A stretch of 64,000 nt of DNA from Candidatus Limnocylindria bacterium (lineage in GTDB: Bacteria; Chloroflexota; Limnocylindria; P2-11E): contig JBBRQB010000003.1 of NCBI GenBank assembly GCA_038227105.1, positions 1,054-65,053 of the forward strand. The letters run 5' to 3'. This document shows, piece after piece, positions 1 through 8,941 of the stretch. The position numbers and the translations under genes were made by a program. Position 1 is the stretch's first letter, and each line of letters begins with the position of its first letter. A model generated the notes under the pieces. It was not told the DNA's origin. It did not search any database and worked only from the letters and a program-made list of their open reading frames with translations.

Positions 1-548
1 TCACGGCGGTCCTCGTTGCCGTCGGTCCGCTCCTGACTCGAGCCTCCGTCGCGGCTGATTCGGCCGGCGATTCCCTCGCCGCGGCCGCCACCGCGCTCGA
101 TCACACGGCGACGGCCTTCGACGGCTTCGGGCACAGCCTGGATGACGCAAAGACATCATCGGCCCACGCGTCGCAGCTCTTGAAGGACGCTTCGAACACG
201 AGCGCGCAGCTCGCGGACGCGATGTCCATCAACATCCTGGGCTCGCAGCCGCTCCTGTCCATCTCGCAGAGCTTCCGCCGCACCACCGACGAGCTCCGCG
301 GCGTGTCCGAGGACGTGAGCACGATGAGCGACGCGATCGGCCGCAACGCAGGCGATGTCACGGCCGTCCGGGACGATCTGAAGGTGCTTCGCGACCGGGT
401 CACGCAGCTCGCGCGCGACGCCTCGGCATCGAAGGACGGCCCGCGGGTCGAGCCCGCGCTCAGCGTGATCGTCTACGGGCTCGCGATCTGGCTTGGGCTC
501 CTCGCGACCGCCTCATTCGTGGCGGGGGCGGTGCTTCTCCGCCTGTAG
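1..548 (+). CDS. 5'-partial ORF (frame open to window start; TTG at 180 is only an internal candidate start). Helical repeat protein ending in a C-terminal TM anchor.
   Basis: The frame starting at nt 3 has no stop until 546-548. Repeated Ala/Ser/Asp/Leu-rich helical segments are followed by the hydrophobic tail SVIVYGLAIWLGLLATASFVAGAVLL. Confidence 0.4.
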   Translation, partial: TAVLVAVGPLLTRASVAADSAGDSLAAAATALDHTATAFDGFGHSLDDAKTSSAHASQLLKDASNTSAQLADAMSINILGSQPLLSISQSFRRTTDELRGVSEDVSTMSDAIGRNAGDVTAVRDDLKVLRDRVTQLARDASASKDGPRVEPALSVIVYGLAIWLGLLATASFVAGAVLLRL

Positions 549-605
549 AACGGTGCTGCCTCCGCCGCGACACCCGCTCGCCTGCCTGCCCGTATTACCC
601 TCCGG

Positions 606-3600
606 ATGCCCGTGCGGTGTGCTTCCTGCGGCTATGGCAACCCGGCCGGTATGCGCTTCTGTGGCCAGTGCGGCACCGAGCTCGTCTCGGTCTGCCCGCG
701 GTGCTCGGAGACGCTGCCGGCAGGCTTCGTGTTCTGCGGAAAATGCGGCGCCCGCATTGGCGCCGAGCCGGAGGAGCGCGTCGGCGAGACGCGCCAGATC
801 ACCGTCCTCTTCGCCGATATTTCGGGGTTCACCGCGCTCGCCGAGCGGCTCGATCCAGGTGAGCTGCACGAGACCATGCGCACGGTCTGGGATCTGATCG
901 CGGCGGACATCCGCGCGAACGAGGGCATCATCGAGAAGTACATCGGTGATGCCGTCGTCGCCACATTCGGCGCGATGGGCGGCGAGACCGCCATGCATCC
1001 CGAGCAGGCACAGCGCGCGGCGCTCGCGATACTTGCCGCCCTCGAACGCGCGAACGAACGGATCGGCGAGCGGACGGCCCGGCGGCTGGCGCTCCGTGTC
1101 GGCGTGAATACCGGTGTCGCTTCGCTCGGGACGATCGGCGATCGCGAGAGCGAGTTCGGTGTCCTCGGCGACGCCGTGAACGTCGCGGCCCGACTCGAGC
1201 AGGCCGCCGAGCCCGGCGAGGTGCTCGTCGGCGACGCGACCTACCGCCGCACGCCCGGCCTCTTCACCTACGAGCCGCATCCACCGGTCGTCGCACGCGG
1301 CAAGAGCACGCCGGTCGTTGCGTGGCGGTTCGTCGGCGCGGCCCTCGAGGAGAGCGCACCGCAGCAACGCTCGCCGCTCGTCGGCCGGGACGCGGAGATG
1401 GGCACGCTCCTTGGCGCTCTGGACGATGCGCTCGCCGGGCGCGGTCGGCTCGTGTCGATCGTTGGCGAGAGCGGGCTCGGCAAGTCGCGGCTGATCGACG
1501 AGCTGATCGCCGACCCGCGGCTCCGCGGCGCGCGCGTCGCCCGCGTCCGCTGCACGTCATACGACCAGCACCGGGGGTATGGGACGATCGGTGACCTGCT
1601 GCGCCGGGTCATCGGCATCCGGCGCTCGGCATCGGCCGATCACGCGCAGCGGCTGATCAATGAGACGCAGCCTGACATCGAGCCGGACACACGCTCGCTC
1701 ATCCTCGCCGCGCTCGGATACGGCGTCGACATGCCGGCGATGGCCGGCGAGACCAAGCGCAGGCTCCTCGGGCGCGGCTTCGCGACGCTGCTCGCACGGG
1801 TCGCTTCGTCGCAGGGCCTCGTGATCGCGGTCGACGATCTCCAGTGGATCGACACGCCGTCGCTCGCGGCGCTCGGCCATCTCGCACAGGGCCTTGGATC
1901 CGCGCGGACGCTCGCGATCGTGGCATACCGTCCGGAGTTCACGGCGCCGTGGGCGACGACGAGGGAGCACCTCCAGCTGCGACTGCGACCCCTGGACACG
2001 ACGACGGCCGAGGCGCTCGTGCGCACGCTCGTGCCGAACGGCGGCGTCGACCGCGACATCGCCGAGCGCGCCCAGGGCAACCCCGCGTACTGCGAGGAGG
2101 CGGTCCGCTTCCTGACCTTCACCGGGGTCATCGTCGAGCGGGAGGGGTCCGGCCCGCTCGTCGACCTCTCGGAGCGGCCGGCCCTCCCCGATTCCCTGCA
2201 GCAGCTCCTGCTCCGGCGCGTGGATGCGATCGCCTCGCCCGAGCGTCGCGTCCTGCATGCGGCCGCGATCGTCGGTCGCACGTTCGATGCGGCGATGCTT
2301 CGCGCGATCTTCACGCAGGAGGTCGATGTCGACGGCGCGCTCGAGCGGCTGACGGCCGCGGGGATCGTCGAACCGGAGGGCGACCTGCACCGCTTCAAGC
2401 AGACCGGGCTCCGCGAGGTCGTGTACGGCGCGATGCTCGCGCGGCACCGCGAGGAGCTGCATGGCCGCGTCGGCCTCGCCATCGAATCGGGCCGGCCCGA
2501 GATCGCAGTGCAGCAGCCCGCGCTTCTCGCGCAGCACTTCGCGGCCTCGACGCACACGATGCGCGCCATCGAGTACGCGTCACGCGCCGCGGAGCGCGCG
2601 TCCTCGCTCCACGACCTCGAGAGCGCGTTGCACCATTACCGGCTCGCGGCTTCGCTGTCGTTGCGCCTCCCTGATGGGACGCTCGAGCGGGCGGGCGCGC
2701 TGCTCGCCGCATCGGACGCAGCAGCCGGACTCGGGCACCGCGACGATGCGCTCCTCGCCGTCGAAGAAGCGCTCGCGACGGGCCTTCCCGAGAGCGACCT
2801 GCGCGCCGCGCTGCGCCGCCGGGCGGGCAAGATCGCCGCACGCGCCGGCATGATCGAGCGGGCCGCTGAGCACCTGGCGGACGCGGAGCGTCTCACGCCG
2901 TCGTTCGGCAGCGAGCGCGCCGAGCTGACGCTGGCGAAGGCCGCGCTGGCGCGCGCCGACGACCGCCCATCCGAAGCGCTGACGATCGCCCGGATCGCCG
3001 TGCGGGAGGCACAGGGGGCCGGTGACGGCGTGCGTGAGCTCGAGGCCGAGGCCGCGATCGTCGCGTGCGCCACGGACTGCGGCCTGCCAGAAGAGGCCCG
3101 CCGGTCGCTCGTACGGTGCGCGGAGCTCGCGACTCGCCTCGGCGATCTGTCGGCGCTGTCGCGGACGCTCGCCGCGCAGGCCGTCGCGGCCCTCGACCGT
3201 GGCGCCGCGGAGGAGGCTGAGCCGCTGGCCCTCGAGCTCCTTGCGACGTCCGCCCGGGTCGGCGACATCGGAGGCCAGGCCCGGGCGCTGCGCGCGCTCG
3301 CGAAGGCCCAGGAGCTCCTCGGCCGCGAGTCCGAGGCGCATCGCGCGCTACAGCGCGCGCTCGCGCTCGCGGACCCGAACGTGCCCGACGCGCCGGCCGA
3401 GGCCGACGCCGCGCGTACGTTGCTCGCGCTCGGGCGGCTCGCGCTGCGGCAACCCGATCTCGCGCTCGCCGCAACGACGCTCGAGGAAGCGCGGGTCGTC
3501 GCGCCGCGCTCGGGCGATGAGATCCATCTCGCCGCGCTCATCTCGGCGGAGCTCGCGCGTGTCGCGATCTCGCGGGGCGCGATCGACGAGGCCCGGCAGC

Positions 3601-3950
3601 ACGCGGCGGCTGCGGCATCGGCGCAGCGCGCACACAAGTGCAGGCGGTGCGCCGCGGAGATCGGGCCCGCGCTGGTCGAGGCCGCGATCGCGGGTGACGA
3701 TCTGGCAGAGGCCGATGCCGCGCGCTCGACGGCACTTGAAGCGGCGTACCGGCTCAATCTTCCGATCGCGATCGCGTCCATGCGCCTCGCGGCCGGCCGG
3801 CTCCTGACGGCACGTGGCGACGCTGCCGGGGCGACCACGGAATACGGCGCCGCACTGGCGACGTTCGAGCGGCTCGGGCCGCGGCATCTCGTCGCCGAGA
3901 CCCGCGCGGCCCTCGTCGAAGTGGCGATCGCGCGACCGGAGTCGGCCTAG
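606..3950 (+). CDS. Multidomain signalling protein: N-terminal double zinc ribbon, class III adenylate/guanylate cyclase domain, P-loop (STAND/AAA-like) NTPase, C-terminal TPR-like helical repeats
   Basis: Zinc ribbons: CASCGYGN...CGQCG...CPRCS...CGKCG. Cyclase core: ITVLFADISGFTALAERL...IGDAVVATFG. Walker A: VGESGLGKSRL. Long Ala/Leu-rich repeat tail. 1114 aa, ATG start. Confidence 0.85.
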   Translation: MPVRCASCGYGNPAGMRFCGQCGTELVSVCPRCSETLPAGFVFCGKCGARIGAEPEERVGETRQITVLFADISGFTALAERLDPGELHETMRTVWDLIAADIRANEGIIEKYIGDAVVATFGAMGGETAMHPEQAQRAALAILAALERANERIGERTARRLALRVGVNTGVASLGTIGDRESEFGVLGDAVNVAARLEQAAEPGEVLVGDATYRRTPGLFTYEPHPPVVARGKSTPVVAWRFVGAALEESAPQQRSPLVGRDAEMGTLLGALDDALAGRGRLVSIVGESGLGKSRLIDELIADPRLRGARVARVRCTSYDQHRGYGTIGDLLRRVIGIRRSASADHAQRLINETQPDIEPDTRSLILAALGYGVDMPAMAGETKRRLLGRGFATLLARVASSQGLVIAVDDLQWIDTPSLAALGHLAQGLGSARTLAIVAYRPEFTAPWATTREHLQLRLRPLDTTTAEALVRTLVPNGGVDRDIAERAQGNPAYCEEAVRFLTFTGVIVEREGSGPLVDLSERPALPDSLQQLLLRRVDAIASPERRVLHAAAIVGRTFDAAMLRAIFTQEVDVDGALERLTAAGIVEPEGDLHRFKQTGLREVVYGAMLARHREELHGRVGLAIESGRPEIAVQQPALLAQHFAASTHTMRAIEYASRAAERASSLHDLESALHHYRLAASLSLRLPDGTLERAGALLAASDAAAGLGHRDDALLAVEEALATGLPESDLRAALRRRAGKIAARAGMIERAAEHLADAERLTPSFGSERAELTLAKAALARADDRPSEALTIARIAVREAQGAGDGVRELEAEAAIVACATDCGLPEEARRSLVRCAELATRLGDLSALSRTLAAQAVAALDRGAAEEAEPLALELLATSARVGDIGGQARALRALAKAQELLGRESEAHRALQRALALADPNVPDAPAEADAARTLLALGRLALRQPDLALAATTLEEARVVAPRSGDEIHLAALISAELARVAISRGAIDEARQHAAAAASAQRAHKCRRCAAEIGPALVEAAIAGDDLAEADAARSTALEAAYRLNLPIAIASMRLAAGRLLTARGDAAGATTEYGAALATFERLGPRHLVAETRAALVEVAIARPESA

Positions 3951-3952
3951 CC

Positions 3953-5212
3953 CTACGCGAACTCGCCTGGCGCGATGCGCTCGCGACCGTGCAGGTATGG
4001 CCGAAGCACTGACGGGATCACCAGCGAGCCGTCGGCCTGCTGGTAGTTCTCCATGATCGCGATCATCAGACGCGGGAGAGCGACGCCCGACGCATTGAGG
4101 ATGTGCGGGCGCTCCACCGTGCCCTTGGGGTCGCGCTTGAAGCGGATGTTCGCGCGCTCGGCCTGGAGCGAGCCGCCATCGCTGCACGATGAGACCTCGA
4201 GCCACTCGCCCATGACCGGGCCCCAGGCCTGGATGTCGAAGCCCTTCTTCGCGACGAAGCCGAGATCGCCCGAGCACCGCTCGGTCACCTGGACCGGGAT
4301 CTCGAGCCGCTCGATGATCATGGTCGCGCGCGCGGTGAGCTCCTCGAGCATCTTCCGCGACTCCTCGGGTGCCGTAAGGACGACCATCTCGACCTTGTCG
4401 AACCAGTGGACGCGCTTGATGCCTCGCACGTCGCGGCCGGCGCTCATCTTCTCCCGCCGGAAGCACGGCGTGTACGCGACATAGCGGATCGGCAGCTTCG
4501 CAAAGTCCACGGTCTCGTCGCGGTGAATGGACACGAGCTGCGGCTCCGCGGTCGGGATCAGCCAGATGTCGTCGTCCTCGTCGCGGTACAGGTTCTCGTC
4601 GAAGTGCGGCAGGTGCGCGCTCGCGATGAGCGTCTCCCGCTTCGTGACCGAGGGCGGGTAGATCTCGGTGAAGCCATCCTGCACGTGCAGGTCGAGCATC
4701 CAGGTGATGAGCGCGCGCTGCAGCGCCGCGCCGGCACCGCGGAGCAGGTAGAACCGCGAGCCGGAGAGCTTCGTGCCTCGCGGGATGTCCAGGATCCCGA
4801 GCCGCTCGCCGACGTCCCAGTGCGGCAGCCCGGGGAACGGCAGGGGTTTCGGCGCGTCCTCGCGGATGACCGGATTGTCCGCCTCGCCGGCGCCGATCGG
4901 CACGTCGGGATCGATGACGTTCGGGATCCAGAGCAGCGCCTCGTCGCGCTCGCCCTCGACGACCGATAGCTCCTTGTCGATGGCGGCGATGCGGTCTCCC
5001 ACCTCGCGCATCCGGGCCTTCACTTCGTCGCTCGGCGGACCGCCCTTGCTCGCCTTGTTGCGCTCGCCCCGGAGCGCCTCGACCTCGGAGCGAAGCTTCT
5101 TCGCGATCGCGTCCAGCTCGACGATACGGTCGAGCGGCGCGTCCGAGCCGCGCGCCTCGAGCATGGCGCGCACGCGGTCGGGATCCTCACGGATGAGATC
5201 GATGGGTCGCAC
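3953..5212 (-). CDS. serS: Seryl-tRNA synthetase
   Basis: N-terminus IDLIREDPDRVRAMLEARG aligns to the SerRS coiled-coil start. The class II core (FRREKMSAGRDVRGIKRVHWFDKVEMV, GDLGFVAKKGFDIQAWGP) is present. GTG start at 5212; the 673-aa ORF upstream of it is a GC-driven extension. Confidence 0.9.
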   Translation of the reverse strand: MRPIDLIREDPDRVRAMLEARGSDAPLDRIVELDAIAKKLRSEVEALRGERNKASKGGPPSDEVKARMREVGDRIAAIDKELSVVEGERDEALLWIPNVIDPDVPIGAGEADNPVIREDAPKPLPFPGLPHWDVGERLGILDIPRGTKLSGSRFYLLRGAGAALQRALITWMLDLHVQDGFTEIYPPSVTKRETLIASAHLPHFDENLYRDEDDDIWLIPTAEPQLVSIHRDETVDFAKLPIRYVAYTPCFRREKMSAGRDVRGIKRVHWFDKVEMVVLTAPEESRKMLEELTARATMIIERLEIPVQVTERCSGDLGFVAKKGFDIQAWGPVMGEWLEVSSCSDGGSLQAERANIRFKRDPKGTVERPHILNASGVALPRLMIAIMENYQQADGSLVIPSVLRPYLHGRERIAPGEFA

Positions 5213-5245
5213 GGGGCAAGTATCGGGCTCGCCTACGATGCCCGC

Positions 5246-6517
5246 ATGGGAGCGGACATCAGCGAGGTCGTCCTCGTCGCGTTCGAGGGCCCCGACCGCT
5301 ACTCCCTCGTCGGCGGCCTGGCCACCCGGATGAACGACCTGGCCGAGGCGCTCATCGCCCGCGGCCACCGGGTCCGGCACCTCTTCGTCGGCGACCCGTC
5401 CCTCGCGGCATTTGAAGAGCGGTCCGGTGGAATGCTCAGACTGGAGCGCTGGGGCCAGTGGATCTCGCGCTACCACCCAAAGGACGTCTATGACGGCGAG
5501 GACGGGAAGTGGCGCGACTTCACCCGCACGGTCCCGCCGCACCTGCTCGAAGAGGTCATCGTTCCGGCAGCCCGCGCGGGCAAGCGCGCTGTCCTCATGT
5601 TCGAGGACTGGCAGACCGCGGATGCCGCGATCAACACGTCCGCGCTCGCGACGCGCGCCGGTCTGCGTCACGCGATGACGTCGTTCTGGAACGCGAACAA
5701 CACCTACGGCTTCGGCTCGATCGACTTCGGTCTGCTCGAGAGCGCGGCGACGATCACGACGATCTCCCGCTTCATGCGCGCCGAGATGGTGAAGGACGCC
5801 GGCGTCGAGCCCGAGATCCTGCCCAACGGGATCGCCGAGCGCTTCGCGGTGCCGGTGCCGCCGGCCGACGCTCGCGCGATGCGTGCCGGCCTCGCCGGCC
5901 GGCCGAGCCTGGTGAAGGTCGCGCGGTTCGACGCGGACAAACGGTGGCTGTGGGCGATCGACGCGATCGCGCATCTACGCGACCTGGGTATGCACCCGCG
6001 CTTCATCATGCGCGGCAGCCGCAGCGACTACGCCGACGTCGTGGGCGAGCGGATCCGCGACCACGGCCTCACGATGGAGCGCGTGACGTTGGGCGCCGAC
6101 ACGGCGCCGAAGGACCTGGCCGCGGCGTTGCGATCCGTCGAAGCGGACGTCGCCTTCCTCGATTTCTTCGTCAGCGAGCGGTCGCTCCGGGCGCTGTACG
6201 CGGCTGCCGATGGCGTGCTCGCGAACTCGGAGAAGGAGCCGTTCGGCCTGGTCGGCCTCGAGGTCATGGGTGCCGGCGGCCTCGCGTTCGTCGGCCGCAC
6301 CGGCGAGGACTACGCGGTGCCGTACGGCAACTCCGTGGTCGTGCAGACCGACGATCCGCGCGAGCTCATGACGCACCTTGTGACGCTCGGGTCACGGCCG
6401 GAGCTCGAAGAGCGGATCCGCGCGGACGGCCAGCGCACCGCGGAACGCTATGTGTGGCCGCGGATCCTCGACGGCATCGAGGCCGCCTGGGAGGCCGCTG
6501 CCGCGCTCGCGTCCTAG
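5246..6517 (+). CDS. GT4-family glycosyltransferase (Rv3032-like alpha-glucosyltransferase candidate)
   Basis: C-terminal E-x7-E motif EPFGLVGLEVMGAGG. N-terminal Rossmann start VVLVAFEGPDRYSLVGGLA. 423 aa. Confidence 0.75.
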   Translation: MGADISEVVLVAFEGPDRYSLVGGLATRMNDLAEALIARGHRVRHLFVGDPSLAAFEERSGGMLRLERWGQWISRYHPKDVYDGEDGKWRDFTRTVPPHLLEEVIVPAARAGKRAVLMFEDWQTADAAINTSALATRAGLRHAMTSFWNANNTYGFGSIDFGLLESAATITTISRFMRAEMVKDAGVEPEILPNGIAERFAVPVPPADARAMRAGLAGRPSLVKVARFDADKRWLWAIDAIAHLRDLGMHPRFIMRGSRSDYADVVGERIRDHGLTMERVTLGADTAPKDLAAALRSVEADVAFLDFFVSERSLRALYAAADGVLANSEKEPFGLVGLEVMGAGGLAFVGRTGEDYAVPYGNSVVVQTDDPRELMTHLVTLGSRPELEERIRADGQRTAERYVWPRILDGIEAAWEAAAALAS

Positions 6518-7269
6518 AGACGCTCGTAGATCCCATACACGAGCGGCCGCCGGATCACGATCGGCTTGAGCGGATCGCGCGCGAGCACCGCGTGCGTGCC
6601 GCGGGTGTAGCCCTGGATACGCCGCGACTGCGAGACCCAGTCGTCGAGCGCCGGAAGGTCCATCGTGGGCAGCGAGTAGAAGAAGTGGCCCGAGCGGATC
6701 CGCTTCAGCTGGCCTTCACGGACGAGGCGCGCGACGGCGCGGTCACTGTGATGGTTGTCGACGACCGCGTCGCGGCGCTCGTAGAGCGCGCCAATGGTCC
6801 GCCCTCCGCGCACCACGCGCGGCTGGTGACCGGAGTCCGGTCGCAGATCGATGATCGTCCCGCCCAAACGCACCGCCGCGTGGGCCTGTCGGAGGGCATC
6901 GACCATGCCCGTTCTCCTGATGCATCAGAGGGACCATGAGAAGAGCGCGGTGTCGAAACGCTCACGGCCGACGCCGAGATCCTGTCCGGCCGATACCGTG
7001 AACGTGACGTTGCGCAGGCCGCGCCGTCGCGCTTCGCGGCGCGCGCCGCGGATCGCCTCCGTGTCGGGATCCACACCGACGGCGGACCGCGCGATCGGCG
7101 CGATGAGCCAGGCGAGCCGTCCGGTGCCGGTACCGATGTCGAGCACGTCCTTGCCGCGGAAGTAGCGATCGGCTCGAAGCTGGCGCAGCTCGATGTCGTC
7201 GGAGGGACGGACCGCGCTGGCGCAGCCGATGCGGCCGACCTCACCCACGTCACCGACCGGCTCAGCCAT
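6514..7269 (-). pseudogene. Class I SAM-dependent methyltransferase interrupted by an in-frame TGA at 6925-6927 (N-terminal 7269..6928, C-terminal 6906..6514)
   Basis: Motif I VLDIGTGTGRLA and motif II ERFDTALFSWSL lie before the TGA. Motif III LRQAHAAVRLGGTIIDL lies after it, in the same frame. ATG at 7269 sits 2 nt after the GH57 stop. Confidence 0.6.
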
Positions 7270-8941
7270 ACCCCTCGCTCGCTCCCCGGAGCATCGCACC
7301 GCCCTGGCCGGTCACAGCCGCGAGCCGCGACGGGTCGAGCAGCGGCTGCTTCAGCTCCGCCGGAGGCTCCGCGCCCGCATACCACCAGATGACCTCGCAG
7401 TTGGCCCGGAAGAGCTCGTCGAACACCCGGTCCTCGGGGCTCGAATTGCGGCTCGAATACCACCAGAACCAGTCGCTGCCCTCCGCGACCATGAGCGGCG
7501 TGCGGACCGACGCGGGCATCTCACGCAGCGAGCCCCACTGCTCCTGCGCGAACCGGCGCGTGCGCTCGAGCATCTGCCATGCGCGCTGGTGCGCGGGCTC
7601 GCCGGACCAGACCTTGAGGTTCGCGTCGATCCACGACCCGGTGTGGAGCGACGGCAGCGTGATCTTCGCCGGATGCGCGTCCAGGAAGTCGGAGACGCGG
7701 ACCGTCTCGAAGCGCTCGTCGGCTTCGAGCGTCCCATAGAGCGTCCGCAGGAAGTCGTTGCCGTTGTTCGGGTACGACTCCCACGCGTTCTCCCCGTCCA
7801 GGATGATCGACGCGATGTACGGACCGCCATCGTCCGGCAGGCGGTCGCGTGCGGCCTCGAGCTTCCAGATCAGGTCGCCGACCGCGTCGTTCGGCGTCAT
7901 CGATCCATAGGTGAAGCCGATGCGGTCCGAGATCTCGCGGTCGCGGAACAACGCGGTCACCCCGTTTTGCAGCCGGTATGGCTGATACAGCAGCTCGGGG
8001 TGCACGAGCGCGCCGATGTCGTCGCGCTCGAACGTGATGTTCGCGGATCGGCCGAGCACTCCTTCATCCGACGCGAACCACTCGATCCGGGCCTGCTTGA
8101 TCGCGTCGGCCGCCTCCGGCGAGACCGCACCCTCGGACGGCCACACGCCGCGCGGCTTTACGCCGAAGCCGCGAACGTGCGAGACGACCGCCTCCTCCAG
8201 CTGGTACAGCGCGTCGTCCGGGTACGCGAACGGCGGATCGGGCAGCAGCGCGCCGGGGTCCGTTCGCAGCGCCGAGCGGGTGTCGATGATGAGCGGGAGG
8301 ATCGGGTGGTAGTACGGGGTCGTGAGGATCTCGACTCGTCCGTCGCGCTCGAGGCTCCGATAGAGGTGGGGCGCACCCGACGCCATGAACCGCTGGCGGC
8401 CGATGACGTAGTGCACGTCCTCGCGGGTGAACCGGCGCGCGCGGTCGCGCAGATCGCGCAGCCGCTCGTCGGACGCGATGTCCTCGGGATCGATCCACGC
8501 GAGGTTGAACCAGAGCGCGAGATCGACGAAATAATCGTCGGACAGGAGCTCGGGCCGGCCCTTGGTCGCCAGCGCGAGCTGCAGCAGCCGGCGATATTCG
8601 TCGTGCTGCGCGATCACGTTGCCGTGATGGATGGAGAAGAAGCGCGCGAGCATGTGCTCCTTCTCATCCGGTGAGAGCGTGCCTTCGACGGTGCGCATCG
8701 TCACCCGCGTGTCCTCGTCGTCCGCGCCGCGCGCGTAGTCCTCGAGCTGGTCGCGCAGCGACGGAACCATGGTGAAGCTCGCCTTCACCTTCGGGAACTC
8801 GTTCAGCAGCCGCGCCATGTGGAGGTAGTCCTTCGAGGCGTGGAGCCGGACCCAGGGAAGGACGAACTCGCTCGTCTGCGGATGCTTGTAGTAGGGCTGG
8901 TGCATATGCCAGATGATCGCGACGGCCAGCTTCCCGTTCAT
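7262..8941 (-). CDS. GH57-family glycoside hydrolase (alpha-amylase / branching-enzyme family)
   Basis: Hallmark GH57 N-terminus AVAIIWHMHQPYY. 559 aa. 4-nt overlap with the lysK stop. Confidence 0.9.
   Translation of the reverse strand: MNGKLAVAIIWHMHQPYYKHPQTSEFVLPWVRLHASKDYLHMARLLNEFPKVKASFTMVPSLRDQLEDYARGADDEDTRVTMRTVEGTLSPDEKEHMLARFFSIHHGNVIAQHDEYRRLLQLALATKGRPELLSDDYFVDLALWFNLAWIDPEDIASDERLRDLRDRARRFTREDVHYVIGRQRFMASGAPHLYRSLERDGRVEILTTPYYHPILPLIIDTRSALRTDPGALLPDPPFAYPDDALYQLEEAVVSHVRGFGVKPRGVWPSEGAVSPEAADAIKQARIEWFASDEGVLGRSANITFERDDIGALVHPELLYQPYRLQNGVTALFRDREISDRIGFTYGSMTPNDAVGDLIWKLEAARDRLPDDGGPYIASIILDGENAWESYPNNGNDFLRTLYGTLEADERFETVRVSDFLDAHPAKITLPSLHTGSWIDANLKVWSGEPAHQRAWQMLERTRRFAQEQWGSLREMPASVRTPLMVAEGSDWFWWYSSRNSSPEDRVFDELFRANCEVIWWYAGAEPPAELKQPLLDPSRLAAVTGQGGAMLRGASEGYG

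Noticed and set aside
2636-3838. 400-aa antisense ORF, with several others, inside the cyclase-ATPase gene
   Set aside because: Arg/Ala/Ser-rich low-complexity translation typical of opposite-strand frames in about 70% GC DNA. No domain. The sense strand has clear motifs.
3953-5974. 673-aa reading of the serS ORF
   Set aside because: The canonical SerRS N-terminus begins at the GTG at 5212. The upstream 254 codons overlap the divergent glycosyltransferase gene and have no homology.
6925-6927. TGA as selenocysteine
   Set aside because: There is no convincing SECIS-like hairpin immediately downstream, and the position corresponds to a Trp-type site in MTases. A nonsense mutation or sequencing error is more parsimonious, although recoding was not formally excluded.
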